From Armatimonadota bacterium (GTDB lineage: Bacteria; Armatimonadota; SYMT01), in contig JBKBRF010000009.1 of NCBI GenBank assembly GCA_046292385.1, positions 64,001 through 128,000 of the forward strand: DNA of 64,000 nt, written 5' to 3'. Positions 28,919 to 39,025 of the stretch are shown in pieces (position 1 is the stretch's first letter; each line of letters starts with the position of its first letter). The notes below the pieces were generated by a model. That model saw nothing but the letters and a program-made list of their open reading frames with translations. It searched no databases and was not told the DNA's origin. A program made the position numbers and the translations under genes.

Positions 28919-29476
28919 ATGGATACGAGCGATTTTCGAAACGGCCTCTCCATCATTCTGGACAACGAAATCTTTCAGATCGTTGAGTTCCAGCACGTAA
29001 AGCCGGGCAAAGGCGGCGCCTTCGTGCGCACCCGGCTGAAGAACCTGCGCACCGGGAACACGCTGGAAAAGACGTTCCGCGCGGGGGAGAAAATGGACCA
29101 GGCAGTCCTGGACCGGCGGAAGATGAGCTTCCTTTACAGCCAGGACGACGAGTATGTCTTCATGGACCTGGAGTCGTTCGACCAGGTGCCGGTGCCGGCA
29201 GCGGCGATCGGTCCGCAGGTGAAGTACCTGAAGGACAACACCGAGGTCGAAGTCTGCAGCCACAACGATAAGGTGCTCACCGTGGAGCTTCCGTTCTTCA
29301 TGGAGCTGGAGGTGACCGAGACCGATCCGGGTCTGAAGGGCGACACCGCCTCCGGCGGCTCCAAGCCCGCCACGCTGGAGACCGGCGCGGTGGTGCAGGT
29401 GCCGCTCTTCGTGAACGTCGGGGACCGCATCAAGGTCGACACGCGCACCGACACCTACCTGGAGCGCGCGCGCTAG
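28919..29476 (+). CDS. efp: Translation elongation factor P
   Basis: HVKPGKGGAFVR, YVFMDLESFDQ, PGLKGDTA, KPATLETG, VPLFV; 185 aa. Confidence 0.97.
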   Translation: MDTSDFRNGLSIILDNEIFQIVEFQHVKPGKGGAFVRTRLKNLRTGNTLEKTFRAGEKMDQAVLDRRKMSFLYSQDDEYVFMDLESFDQVPVPAAAIGPQVKYLKDNTEVEVCSHNDKVLTVELPFFMELEVTETDPGLKGDTASGGSKPATLETGAVVQVPLFVNVGDRIKVDTRTDTYLERAR

Positions 29477-29553
29477 GCGGCTGCGTGTTGTCCGCGATCC
29501 CCGCCGGTTACGATGTTCGAAAGCGGGCCGCGTATGACCCCGCTAACGCGGGG

Positions 29554-29661
29554 GCGAGAGCAAGCTCTCGCACTCCAAAAGCCAGCTCGAGCCGGTGCTC
29601 CCATTCTCCGGAAGGGATACCGCTCCGAGGAGGTCTCTGGAGTGCGGTGGCTTGCCACCGC
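29554..29661. repeat. Inverted pair of REP-like palindromes (TGGAGTGC family)
   Basis: GCGAGAGCAAGCTCTCGCACTCCA (29554-77) and TGGAGTGCGGTGGCTTGCCACCGC (29638-61); each has its own hairpin and the two are inverted relative to each other. Confidence 0.75.
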
Positions 29662-29765
29662 TTCCCGCGCAGCGGGAATGTGGCCGCAGCGCTCGGGGCG
29701 AATGCTCTAATCACCGGTCGGAGGCCCTCCGACCGGCACCTGCTTCCGGGAGAGGCAGCAAACCC

Positions 29766-30197
29766 ATGGACCTGGACCGAGTTGAAGCGATCGCCCGCCT
29801 GCTGCAGCGGCAGGGACACGTCGGTGAGATCGAGGTCGAGTCGGGCGACTTCAAGCTCCGTGCGCGAAGGATGCCGGGCCTGCCGCTCACTGCGGCGGAG
29901 CCGGACGCCGGCTTCGAGGACCGGGCGCTTCCGGAGCCGCACCGCATCCGCTCCGGGTGGGTCGGCGTCTTCCGGGCGCGCGCTCCCCTACCGGAGATCG
30001 GCTCCTACGTGGAGGCGGGGACCGTGCTCGGGCAGATCGACTCGATGCGCGTGCTGAACCCGGTCGCCGCGGACCAGTCCGGTTATCTGCTGGCGAGCCG
30101 GGTAGAAGACGGGGACGGAGTGGAGTACGGCCAGGAGCTGTTCGTGCTCTCCGTCGGGGCGCCGGAGGGGAGCGAGCAGGCACCGGAGGCGGACTGA
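29766..30197 (+). CDS. Biotin carboxyl carrier protein (AccB) homolog lacking the biotinylation lysine
   Basis: BCCP-like N-terminus (EIEVESGDFKLR), IRSGWVGVF, and GQIDSMRVLNPV where canonical BCCP has IEAMKxMNEI; G..VEYGQELF C-terminus; lies between efp and accC. Confidence 0.85.
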   Translation: MDLDRVEAIARLLQRQGHVGEIEVESGDFKLRARRMPGLPLTAAEPDAGFEDRALPEPHRIRSGWVGVFRARAPLPEIGSYVEAGTVLGQIDSMRVLNPVAADQSGYLLASRVEDGDGVEYGQELFVLSVGAPEGSEQAPEAD

Positions 30198-30574
30198 TGC
30201 AGCGAGCGCGCCGCGGCTTTTCCCTGGTCGAGATCCTGGTGGTGATCGTCGTGATCGCCGTCCTGGCGGCGGTGCTCTACCCGATGTACGTCAAGGGCGG
30301 CAAGACGCCCGACGGCAAGCAGACGCAGTCGCCGATCCAGGCCGCGCACTCCGTGGAGTGCATGAACAACCTGAGCCAGATCCGGCAGGCGCACCAGATG
30401 GCGACCGCGACCGGTGATCTCGAGAACCCGGTCACCGGGCTCGAGAGCCTGAAGAGCTACGGCATCAGCGATTCGATGACGGCGTGCCCGGTCAGCAAAG
30501 CGGCCTACCAGTACGATCCCGCCACCGGCCAGGTACGCTGCCCCACCCATTCCGGCGCGGAAGCGCCCCGGTAG
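30197..30574 (+). CDS. Prepilin-type N-terminal cleavage/methylation domain protein (short pseudopilin)
   Basis: MQRARRG/FSLVEILVVIVVIAVLAAVLYP; CMNNLSQI; C-terminal CP...RCPTH; start overlaps the upstream stop (TGATG). Confidence 0.88.
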   Translation: MQRARRGFSLVEILVVIVVIAVLAAVLYPMYVKGGKTPDGKQTQSPIQAAHSVECMNNLSQIRQAHQMATATGDLENPVTGLESLKSYGISDSMTACPVSKAAYQYDPATGQVRCPTHSGAEAPR

Positions 30575-30656
30575 GCCCGGCGGCACCCCGCGCGCCCGCC
30601 GCCTCGCTCGTCAGCTTCGCTCCCCAACCGGGGCGGCGCTGGGATACACTGACGGG

Positions 30657-31997
<1,341 letters not shown>

Positions 31998-32071
31998 CGG
32001 CCCCGGGCCGGCGCGTCACTCCGTACGAAAGATTGGGGTTCGGCGGCCTTGCGCGGGCGGTATCACAAGTA

Positions 32072-32235
32072 GTCCTCACGAGGAACCCGCCGCACCCGCC
32101 GCGAACTACAGGGCAACAGCCGGATGCCTGTTCGATAATAGACCATCCGACCGCCGCACCCCCAGGCGCCATCGAACCGGTCCGCCGGAAGATAAAACGA
32201 ACCGGAAGGCGCAGCGGGACCACCCAGGAGATGAC
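32072..32235. ncRNA. Candidate 6S (SsrS)-like rod-shaped RNA; strand uncertain
   Basis: About 165 nt with no ORF. Outer stem 32086-32101/32203-32218, two opposed unpaired segments (32102-32120, 32185-32202), inner stem 32121-32136/32171-32184. Confidence 0.4.
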
Positions 32236-32254
32236 GTAGGAGCCTGGGCCGAGC

Positions 32255-32713
32255 ATGAGCAAGAACAGGAACGCCCGAGAACTGGTGCTGAAGGTGCTCT
32301 TCCAGATCGACGTGGGCAAGCTCCCCGCCGAGGAAGTCCTGGAGACCGCCTTCGAGCAGGTCAAGCCCAGCACCGAAGAGCGCCGCTACACGCGCGAGAT
32401 GGTGGACGGCGTGCTGGGGGAGATCTCCCGGCTCGACGCCATCATCGACGAGCTGGCCCAGGGCTGGCGCCTGGAGCGCCTGGCGCGGGTCGACAAGAAC
32501 GTGCTCCGCGCCGCGCTCTACGAGTTAACCCACCGGCCCGACTCCCCCGCGAGCACGGTGATCAACGACGCCGTGGAGATTGCCAAGAAGTATTCCACGG
32601 AAGACAGTCCCCGCTTCGTGAACGGGATCCTCGGCAGCTACCAACGGCGGCTGAAGGAGGCCGGGGGCGAGACGACGTCCGATCCGGACGAGATCGAGAT
32701 AGGCGCACACTGA
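32255..32713 (+). CDS. nusB: Transcription antitermination factor NusB
   Basis: RNARELVLKVLFQ, GWRLERLARVDKNVLR, VINDAVEIAKKYS, FVNGILG. Confidence 0.95.
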   Translation: MSKNRNARELVLKVLFQIDVGKLPAEEVLETAFEQVKPSTEERRYTREMVDGVLGEISRLDAIIDELAQGWRLERLARVDKNVLRAALYELTHRPDSPASTVINDAVEIAKKYSTEDSPRFVNGILGSYQRRLKEAGGETTSDPDEIEIGAH

Positions 32714-34635
32714 TGGCAAGAATCCTCGACAGCGTGAACGACCCCGCGGACCTGAAAGGGCTCTCGGTTGCCGAGCTGAAGCAGCTCGCGGAAGAGATCC
32801 GCGGAGAGATCATCGAGAATATCGCGAACGTGGGGGGCCATTTCGCGCCGAACCTCGGCTCGGTCGAGATCACCCTCGCCCTCCATTCGGTGCTCTCCAG
32901 CCCGAAGGACAAGATCGTCTGGGACGTGGGGCATCAGACCTACCCGCACAAGCTGGTCACCGGCCGCCGCGAGCGGTTCCACACCATCAAACAGCTCGGC
33001 GGCATCAGCGGCTACTGCAAGCGCGCGGAGAGCCCGCACGACCACATCGAGGCGGGCCACGGCGGCACGTCGATCTCCGCCGCGCTCGGCTTCGCCGTGG
33101 CGCGGGACATGCGCGGCACGGATGAGACGGTGGTCGCCGTAATCGGCGACGGCTCCCTCACCACCGGCCTGGCGCAGGAAGCGCTGAACAATGCCGGCAG
33201 CCGGAAAGACTGCAACCTGGTCATCCTGCTGAACGACAACTCGATGTCGATCGCGCCGAACGTCGGCGCCATCAGCGACTACCTCGGCAAGATCCGGGCG
33301 GAGCCCCACTACCTGTGGGCCAAGCGCGAGGCGGAGCACGTGCTGCACCACCTCCCGCTCGGCGACCGCATCCTGGACGCCATCGGCCGCGTCAAGGACG
33401 GTGTCAAGCAGCTCGTGGTGCCGGGGATGCTGTTCGAAGAGCTCGGCTTCACCTACCTCGGCCCGCTCGACGGCCACTGCATCGAGAGCCTGCAGGCGGC
33501 GCTGGTGCAGGCGCAGCGGATCGGCGGCCCGGTGGTAATCCACGCGGTCACCCAGAAGGGGAAGGGCTACGCCCCCGCGGAGGCCGACCCGTTCAAGTGG
33601 CACGCCACCTCCCCGTTCGACCCGAAGACCGGCGAGGCGAAGAGCAAGAGCAGCGCCTCCACCTACTCCAAGGTCTTCGCGAAGACGCTGATCCACCTGG
33701 CGAACAACGACCGGCGGATCGTCGGCATCACCGCGGCGATGCCGGACGGCACCGGACTGCTGGAGTTCCAGAAGATCCACCCGGACCGCTTTATCGACGT
33801 CTCCATGGCGGAGCAGCACGCGGTCACCTTCGCGGCGGGTCTGGCGGCGGCGGGGATGCGCCCCGTTTGCGCCATCTACAGCACCTTCCTGCAGCGGGCC
33901 TACGACGAGATCATCCACGACGTCTGCATCATGGACTTCCCGGTCGTCTTCGCGATGGACCGCGGCGGCCTGGCGGGCGACGACGGCCCGACGCACCAGG
34001 GGGTATTCGACATCGCCTACATGCGGTCGATCCCGAACATGGTGCTGATGGCGCCGAAGGATGAGCCGGAGCTGCAGCGGATGCTCGCCACGGCGGTCAC
34101 CCACCCCGGCCCGATCGGCGTGCGCTACCCGCGCGGCGGCGGACCGGGCGCGGAGCTGCTCTCCGACCCGCAGCCCCTGCCGATCGGCGTCGGCGAGTCG
34201 CTGCGCGAAGGCGACGACGTCGCGATCATCGGCTTCGGCTACGGCGTCACCCCGGCGCTCCAGGCGGCCGAGCTGCTGGCGGAAGAAGGCATCCAGGCGA
34301 CCGTCATCAACGCCCGCTTCTGCAAGCCGCTCGACACCGAGCTGATCCTGGAAGCGGCGCGCCGCTGCGGACGCGTGATCACCGTTGAGGACGGCGTGCG
34401 CCAGGGCGGCTTCGGCAGCGCGGTGCTGGAGATGCTCCAGGACCACGGCTGCCAGGTGCCGGTGCGCCGCCTCGGCATCCCGGACCGGTTCATCGAGCAC
34501 GGCAAGCGAGAGAAGCTGCTGGAGCTGCTCGGGCTCGACGGCGCGGGCGTGGCGCGCAGCGCGCGGGAGCTGGTCCGCGGCATCCCGAGCGGCGAGATGG
34601 TGCCGGACCTGAGCACGCTGCCGCGTTCGAGTTAG
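32713..34635 (+). CDS. dxs: 1-deoxy-D-xylulose-5-phosphate synthase
   Basis: GGHFAPNLG, WDVGHQTYPHK, VIGDGSLT, LNDN.MSI, YLGPLDGH, TQKGKGY, AIYSTFLQRAYD, DGPTHQG. Confidence 0.97.
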   Translation: MARILDSVNDPADLKGLSVAELKQLAEEIRGEIIENIANVGGHFAPNLGSVEITLALHSVLSSPKDKIVWDVGHQTYPHKLVTGRRERFHTIKQLGGISGYCKRAESPHDHIEAGHGGTSISAALGFAVARDMRGTDETVVAVIGDGSLTTGLAQEALNNAGSRKDCNLVILLNDNSMSIAPNVGAISDYLGKIRAEPHYLWAKREAEHVLHHLPLGDRILDAIGRVKDGVKQLVVPGMLFEELGFTYLGPLDGHCIESLQAALVQAQRIGGPVVIHAVTQKGKGYAPAEADPFKWHATSPFDPKTGEAKSKSSASTYSKVFAKTLIHLANNDRRIVGITAAMPDGTGLLEFQKIHPDRFIDVSMAEQHAVTFAAGLAAAGMRPVCAIYSTFLQRAYDEIIHDVCIMDFPVVFAMDRGGLAGDDGPTHQGVFDIAYMRSIPNMVLMAPKDEPELQRMLATAVTHPGPIGVRYPRGGGPGAELLSDPQPLPIGVGESLREGDDVAIIGFGYGVTPALQAAELLAEEGIQATVINARFCKPLDTELILEAARRCGRVITVEDGVRQGGFGSAVLEMLQDHGCQVPVRRLGIPDRFIEHGKREKLLELLGLDGAGVARSARELVRGIPSGEMVPDLSTLPRSS

Positions 34636-34663
34636 ACCCGCTCGAGAGCAACTGAAGACCCGC

Positions 34664-34699
34664 CGGAGGCACGGAGTACCGCGAGGTCCCGTGCCTCCG
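34664..34699. terminator. Strong hairpin after dxs (possible terminator or RNA stabiliser)
   Basis: CGGAGGCACGG / CCGTGCCTCCG 11-bp stem with inner ACC-GCGA-GGT; no U-tract. Confidence 0.4.
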
Positions 34700-34725
34700 C
34701 TGCGTTGTGGAGCCGGAGGTGCCGC

Positions 34726-36465
34726 ATGGAGAGCAATGGTGATGGGGGCCGGCTGCGCCGGAGGGACTTCGTGAAGCGAGCGGCGGCGGCGATCTCGGCC
34801 GCGCCGGCCATCGCGGCTGCCGCCGAAGCCGAAGCGGCAGCCGCGCCGAACGACCCGATCACGCCGGCCGACGTCGAGACCGCGCTCCGCCTCTCCGGCC
34901 GCGACTACCCCGCCGAAAAACGGGAGCAGATGGCCCGCCGCCTCGCGGGCACCCGCACCCGGCTGGAAGCGGTCCGCGCCGCCGCTCCGGAGATCGGCGA
35001 CCCGGCGGTCGAGTTCGACCCGCGCCTCCCCGGCATGAAGCTCCCGAAGCTCTCCGCGGAAGTGCGGATGAGTGCCGGCCCCGCCCCGAGATACGACGGG
35101 AACCCTGAAAGCCTGGCTTTCGCCAGCGTGGTAGAGCTCTCCCGCCTGGTGAAGGCGCGCCGGATCAGCTCCGCGGCGCTGACCCGGATGTACCTCGACC
35201 GACTGAAGCGGATCGGGCCGCGGCTCAACTGCGTCGTCACCCTCACGGAGGAGCTGGCGCTGCGGCAGGCGGAGTCGGCCGACCGGGAGATCGCGGCGGG
35301 GCGCTACCGCGGGCCGCTGCACGGGATCCCCTGGGGCGCGAAAGACCTGCTGGCGACGAAGGGCATCCGCACCACCTGGGGCGCGAAGCCGTACGAGGCG
35401 CAGGTCTTCGATTACGACGCCACGGTGGTCCGCCGCCTGGAGGAGGCGGGGGCCGTGCTCGTCGCCAAGCTCACGACCGGGGAGCTGGCGCTGGGCGACG
35501 TCTGGTTCGGCGGCATGACGCGGAATCCCTGGGACCCGAAGACCGGCTCCAGCGGATCCTCCGCCGGTCCCGGCAGCGCCACCGCGGCGGGACTCGTCGG
35601 CTTCTCGATCGGATCGGAGACGCTCGGCAGCATCACCAGCCCCTCCGTGGTGAACGGCGTCGCCGGCCTGCGCCCCACTTTCGGACGCGTCTCCCGGCAC
35701 GGGGCGATGGCGCTCTGCTGGACGATGGACAAGCTCGGCCCGATGTGCCGGAGCGTGGAAGACTGCGCGCTGGTGCTCGCGGAGATCTACGGTCCGGACG
35801 GGGAGGACGGCACCGTGGTCGACCTACCGTTCGGGTGGAACCCGCGGAGCCGGCTCGCCGGGCTGCGGGTGGGGATCGATACGGCGGCCTTCGCCGCACT
35901 TGAGCGCGCGAAGGACCGCAAGCCGGTCTACGACGCCGCCCTCGACGTGCTCCGCGGTCTCGGCCTGGAGCTGAAGCCGGTCGAGCTGCCGCCGATGAGC
36001 GATGCGTACCGCGCCCTCGCTGGAATGATGATCGACGTCGAGTCGGCGGCGAGCTTCTCCCGCCTGACCGAGACCGGAGGCACCGACCTGCTCGCACGCC
36101 AGGCCGACGGCTCCTGGCCGAACACCTTCCGCACCGGCGCAACCATCCCCGCCGTCGACTACCTCCAGGCGCTCCGCGTGCGGCGGCAGCTTCAGCGCGA
36201 CGTGGCAAAAGCACTAGAAGAGGTCGACCTCTACGTCACCGTCCCCTTCGCCGGCCCCTCGCTCGTCTACACCAACCTGACCGGCCATCCGGAGCTGGTA
36301 ACGCGCTGCGGGATGCTCGACGGAAAGCCGGAGTCGATCTCGTTCGTGGGGGCGCTCTACCGGGAGGACGCGATCCTGCGCGTGGCCCACGCCTTCGAGC
36401 GCGCCACACCGTGGCACCGCCAGTGGCCGAACACCGAGAAGATCCCGCCGCTTTCCACGCCGTAG
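34726..36465 (+). CDS. Amidase-signature family enzyme with Tat signal
   Basis: RRRDFVK signal; GPLHGIPWGAKDL, TRNPWD, SSGSSAGPG, GSETLGSITSPS. Confidence 0.9.
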   Translation: MESNGDGGRLRRRDFVKRAAAAISAAPAIAAAAEAEAAAAPNDPITPADVETALRLSGRDYPAEKREQMARRLAGTRTRLEAVRAAAPEIGDPAVEFDPRLPGMKLPKLSAEVRMSAGPAPRYDGNPESLAFASVVELSRLVKARRISSAALTRMYLDRLKRIGPRLNCVVTLTEELALRQAESADREIAAGRYRGPLHGIPWGAKDLLATKGIRTTWGAKPYEAQVFDYDATVVRRLEEAGAVLVAKLTTGELALGDVWFGGMTRNPWDPKTGSSGSSAGPGSATAAGLVGFSIGSETLGSITSPSVVNGVAGLRPTFGRVSRHGAMALCWTMDKLGPMCRSVEDCALVLAEIYGPDGEDGTVVDLPFGWNPRSRLAGLRVGIDTAAFAALERAKDRKPVYDAALDVLRGLGLELKPVELPPMSDAYRALAGMMIDVESAASFSRLTETGGTDLLARQADGSWPNTFRTGATIPAVDYLQALRVRRQLQRDVAKALEEVDLYVTVPFAGPSLVYTNLTGHPELVTRCGMLDGKPESISFVGALYREDAILRVAHAFERATPWHRQWPNTEKIPPLSTP

Positions 36466-36476
36466 GGAAAGCTCGT

Positions 36477-37538
36477 CTACTCCGAGCTTCCGGGGAGCCG
36501 GAGGTCCGCGACGACCGCCCGGTGATCGGAGCCGTCCGGCGATCCGGTCCAGCAGCGCTCCACCTCCAGCGCCGGCGAGACCAGGATGTGGTCGATCCGC
36601 ACGAACGAGTGGCCCAGGCGGGTCGCGTGGCCGTAGGTGTAGCCGTATCCCCGCCCCCGCTCCGCGAACGCGTCGCGGAATCCGGCACCGCGGAGGGTGC
36701 GGTGCACCAGCGAGCGCGCCGGCGCGTTGAAGTCGCCGGCTATCAGGACCGGCCCCCTCTCCGCCCGCAGCTCCTCTGCGATCGCGGCGGCCCGGAAAAC
36801 GCGCGCGCCGGCTTCCTCCTGGAGCTGCGGCAGCGCCGCCGGCCCGCGCCGCAGCACCGCGGCCAGGCTATCTCGCGGGGTGTCGAGGTGCAGGTTGTAA
36901 AGCGTGACCGCCCCTCTGGGAGCGAGCACCCGGCACCGCACGTAGCGACGCCACTCCGGCCCCCCGCGCAGCGAGCGGACACTGATCTCCGCCAGCGGGT
37001 AGCGGCTGGCCACGATGCAGCCGGAGATCCCGGCCAGGTGCCAACCGGACCGGAGGAGGGGCGGGAGCTGCGGCGGCGCGCCCGACTCTTGCAGGCAGAC
37101 CAGATCCGGAGCGAGCCGCCGCAGCTCCCGATCGACCGCCGGACTGTCCCACTTGGTCGCGATGTTATAGGTGACGAGGCGCAGGCACCCCGGCGCGCCG
37201 GTGGACCCGGATCGCAGGCTCCAGTGAAAGCCCATCGCCGGGCCAAGCACCCAGAGGAGCGGCAGGAGCGCGAGCCAGGCGCGGCGGCTCCGGCGCAGCA
37301 GCGTCAGGAGGAGCGCGGCGGCCGGTAGCGCCCAGAGCCACTGCGGGGCATAGAGGTTGGCGGTGCTCCACCAGAAGCGCTCCGGACCGCTGCGGTCGGC
37401 GAGGCAGAGCGCGGCCAGGGCTCCGAGGTAGAGCACCGCCGCGAGATACCGGAGGGTCCGGAGCAGGCGCCTCCCCGAGAGGAGCCGCCGCGCCGCGGCC
37501 CGGGCCCCTCCTTCCCGCACCGCGCTAGCGGAGGCCAT
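36477..37538 (-). CDS. Membrane-anchored endonuclease/exonuclease/phosphatase (EEP) family protein
   Basis: N-terminal TMs; LVTYNI, DLVCLQE, LHL, AGDFNA, RIDHILV, GSDHRAV. Start trimmed to MASASAV. Confidence 0.88.
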   Translation of the reverse strand: MASASAVREGGARAAARRLLSGRRLLRTLRYLAAVLYLGALAALCLADRSGPERFWWSTANLYAPQWLWALPAAALLLTLLRRSRRAWLALLPLLWVLGPAMGFHWSLRSGSTGAPGCLRLVTYNIATKWDSPAVDRELRRLAPDLVCLQESGAPPQLPPLLRSGWHLAGISGCIVASRYPLAEISVRSLRGGPEWRRYVRCRVLAPRGAVTLYNLHLDTPRDSLAAVLRRGPAALPQLQEEAGARVFRAAAIAEELRAERGPVLIAGDFNAPARSLVHRTLRGAGFRDAFAERGRGYGYTYGHATRLGHSFVRIDHILVSPALEVERCWTGSPDGSDHRAVVADLRLPGSSE

Positions 37539-39006
37539 TGGCCAGGAGGTTGATCGCCAGGATCGACCCGATCGCACACGCGCCGATTGCCAGGAAGTCG
37601 ACCGGCCGCAGCCGCGGGTCGTACCGGCCCTCCTTCGCTCCCTCCGCTTCGGAGTGGGAGAGCTGCGCGGCGTGCGGCAGCGCGAGGAACAGGTAGAGTA
37701 CCGGCACGTAAGTGCGGGAGAGCCAGAACGCCGCGGCCAGGAATCCGAGCAGGGCCAGGCGCGCCCCCAGGATCTCGCCCTCGATCGCCGCGGCCTTCTT
37801 CGGCAGCGCCTCCTGCGAGCGCCGCCGGCGGCGGAAGCAGCTGTAGATGCAGCCGGTCCAGAAGAAGTAGCCGAGCAGCCCCACCTCCGCAAAGCACTGC
37901 ACGAAGGAGTTGTGGGCCAGCATCCCGCCATTCACTTCCGCGAAGCGCCCGAAGCCGACCCCGGTGAGCGGACTCTCGGCGAGCTGGGAGATTCCGTTCG
38001 ACCAGAACCAGAAGCGGGAGTTGGCGGACGCCTCGGCGCTGTCGAAGTTGGTCATGCGCCCCGGGGCGACCACCAGCAGCACCATCCCGATCGCGACGGC
38101 CAGCACCACCGCCGCCAGCCGCTGCTTCAGGTGGGTCAGGAGGAAGACCCCTCCCACCACCAGCAGCGCCAGGAAGCCGCCGCGGGAATTGGTGAGGAGC
38201 GTGGCGGTAAGAACGACCAGCCCGAGCGCGGAGTAGCAGAACCGGGCGAACCCGCTGGTGTTCCGGAGCCGGACCAGGATCAACGCGATCCCCGCCACCA
38301 TCACGGCGGCCAGGTCGTTCGGGTCGCCGAAGATGCCGGTGGTCTGGGAGCGCAGCGTCCCCGCGTGGTCCATCGCGCCGCCCGTGTAATAGCGGTAGAT
38401 CGAGTACGCGGCAACGTACGCGGTGAAGACCAGGATCGACGTCACGAACGCACGGTAGCGCTGCGGACTGCGGATCAGGTTCACTACCAGGAAGACGAGT
38501 GCCGCCAGCTTGCCCACTTCCGTCGCGGCTTCAGCGGTGTTACCGTAAGGGAGGGTGCTTGCGATTAGCGCCGCCGCAAACCCGAGCATCATCGGGTTCA
38601 GCGGCGTGGAGGCCACCCGCTCCCGCCGCACGCAGAGCTGCACCAGGCACGCGGCGATCGTGACCATCGAGACCCCCAGGCTGAGGCGCATTCCCTGCAG
38701 CCCGGGGATGATCTCCTCCGGCCGGACGTAGAGGAGCCCGACGAAGAGGACCAGCCCCCAGAACGGCACGGCCGGTCCCAGGACCAGGATCAACAGGCAG
38801 AGCTCCACCGCGATGACCTGCAGCTCGTTGGCGCGCGCGAACGAGAGGGCCAGTACCAGCGGGATGCCGAGGAGCGCGGCGAAGAAGACCAGCGCCTGTC
38901 CCCAGTCTCCGGGCCTCCTCAGCCGGAGGCGAGAGCCTGCTTCCGAACGGTGTGCCAGCTGCTGCACGAGATGATCTCCAGGTGTCAAAGGTCGGATCGG
39001 AGGCAC
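37525..39006 (-). CDS. O-antigen ligase / Wzy-like polysaccharide polymerase
   Basis: About 12 TMs; GIFGDPNDLA, TNSRGGFL, PLTGVGFG, AHNSFVQCFAEVGLLG. Confidence 0.87.
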   Translation of the reverse strand: MPPIRPLTPGDHLVQQLAHRSEAGSRLRLRRPGDWGQALVFFAALLGIPLVLALSFARANELQVIAVELCLLILVLGPAVPFWGLVLFVGLLYVRPEEIIPGLQGMRLSLGVSMVTIAACLVQLCVRRERVASTPLNPMMLGFAAALIASTLPYGNTAEAATEVGKLAALVFLVVNLIRSPQRYRAFVTSILVFTAYVAAYSIYRYYTGGAMDHAGTLRSQTTGIFGDPNDLAAVMVAGIALILVRLRNTSGFARFCYSALGLVVLTATLLTNSRGGFLALLVVGGVFLLTHLKQRLAAVVLAVAIGMVLLVVAPGRMTNFDSAEASANSRFWFWSNGISQLAESPLTGVGFGRFAEVNGGMLAHNSFVQCFAEVGLLGYFFWTGCIYSCFRRRRRSQEALPKKAAAIEGEILGARLALLGFLAAAFWLSRTYVPVLYLFLALPHAAQLSHSEAEGAKEGRYDPRLRPVDFLAIGACAIGSILAINLLANGLR

Positions 39007-39025
39007 TCCCGGCGATGCGGTCCGG

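Noticed and set aside
32200..32216. CCGGAAGGCGCAGC resembling the SRP RNA helix 8 loop
   Set aside because: It lacks the upstream CAGG and the AGGAAGCAGC spacing; the overall fold fits a rod with a central bubble better.
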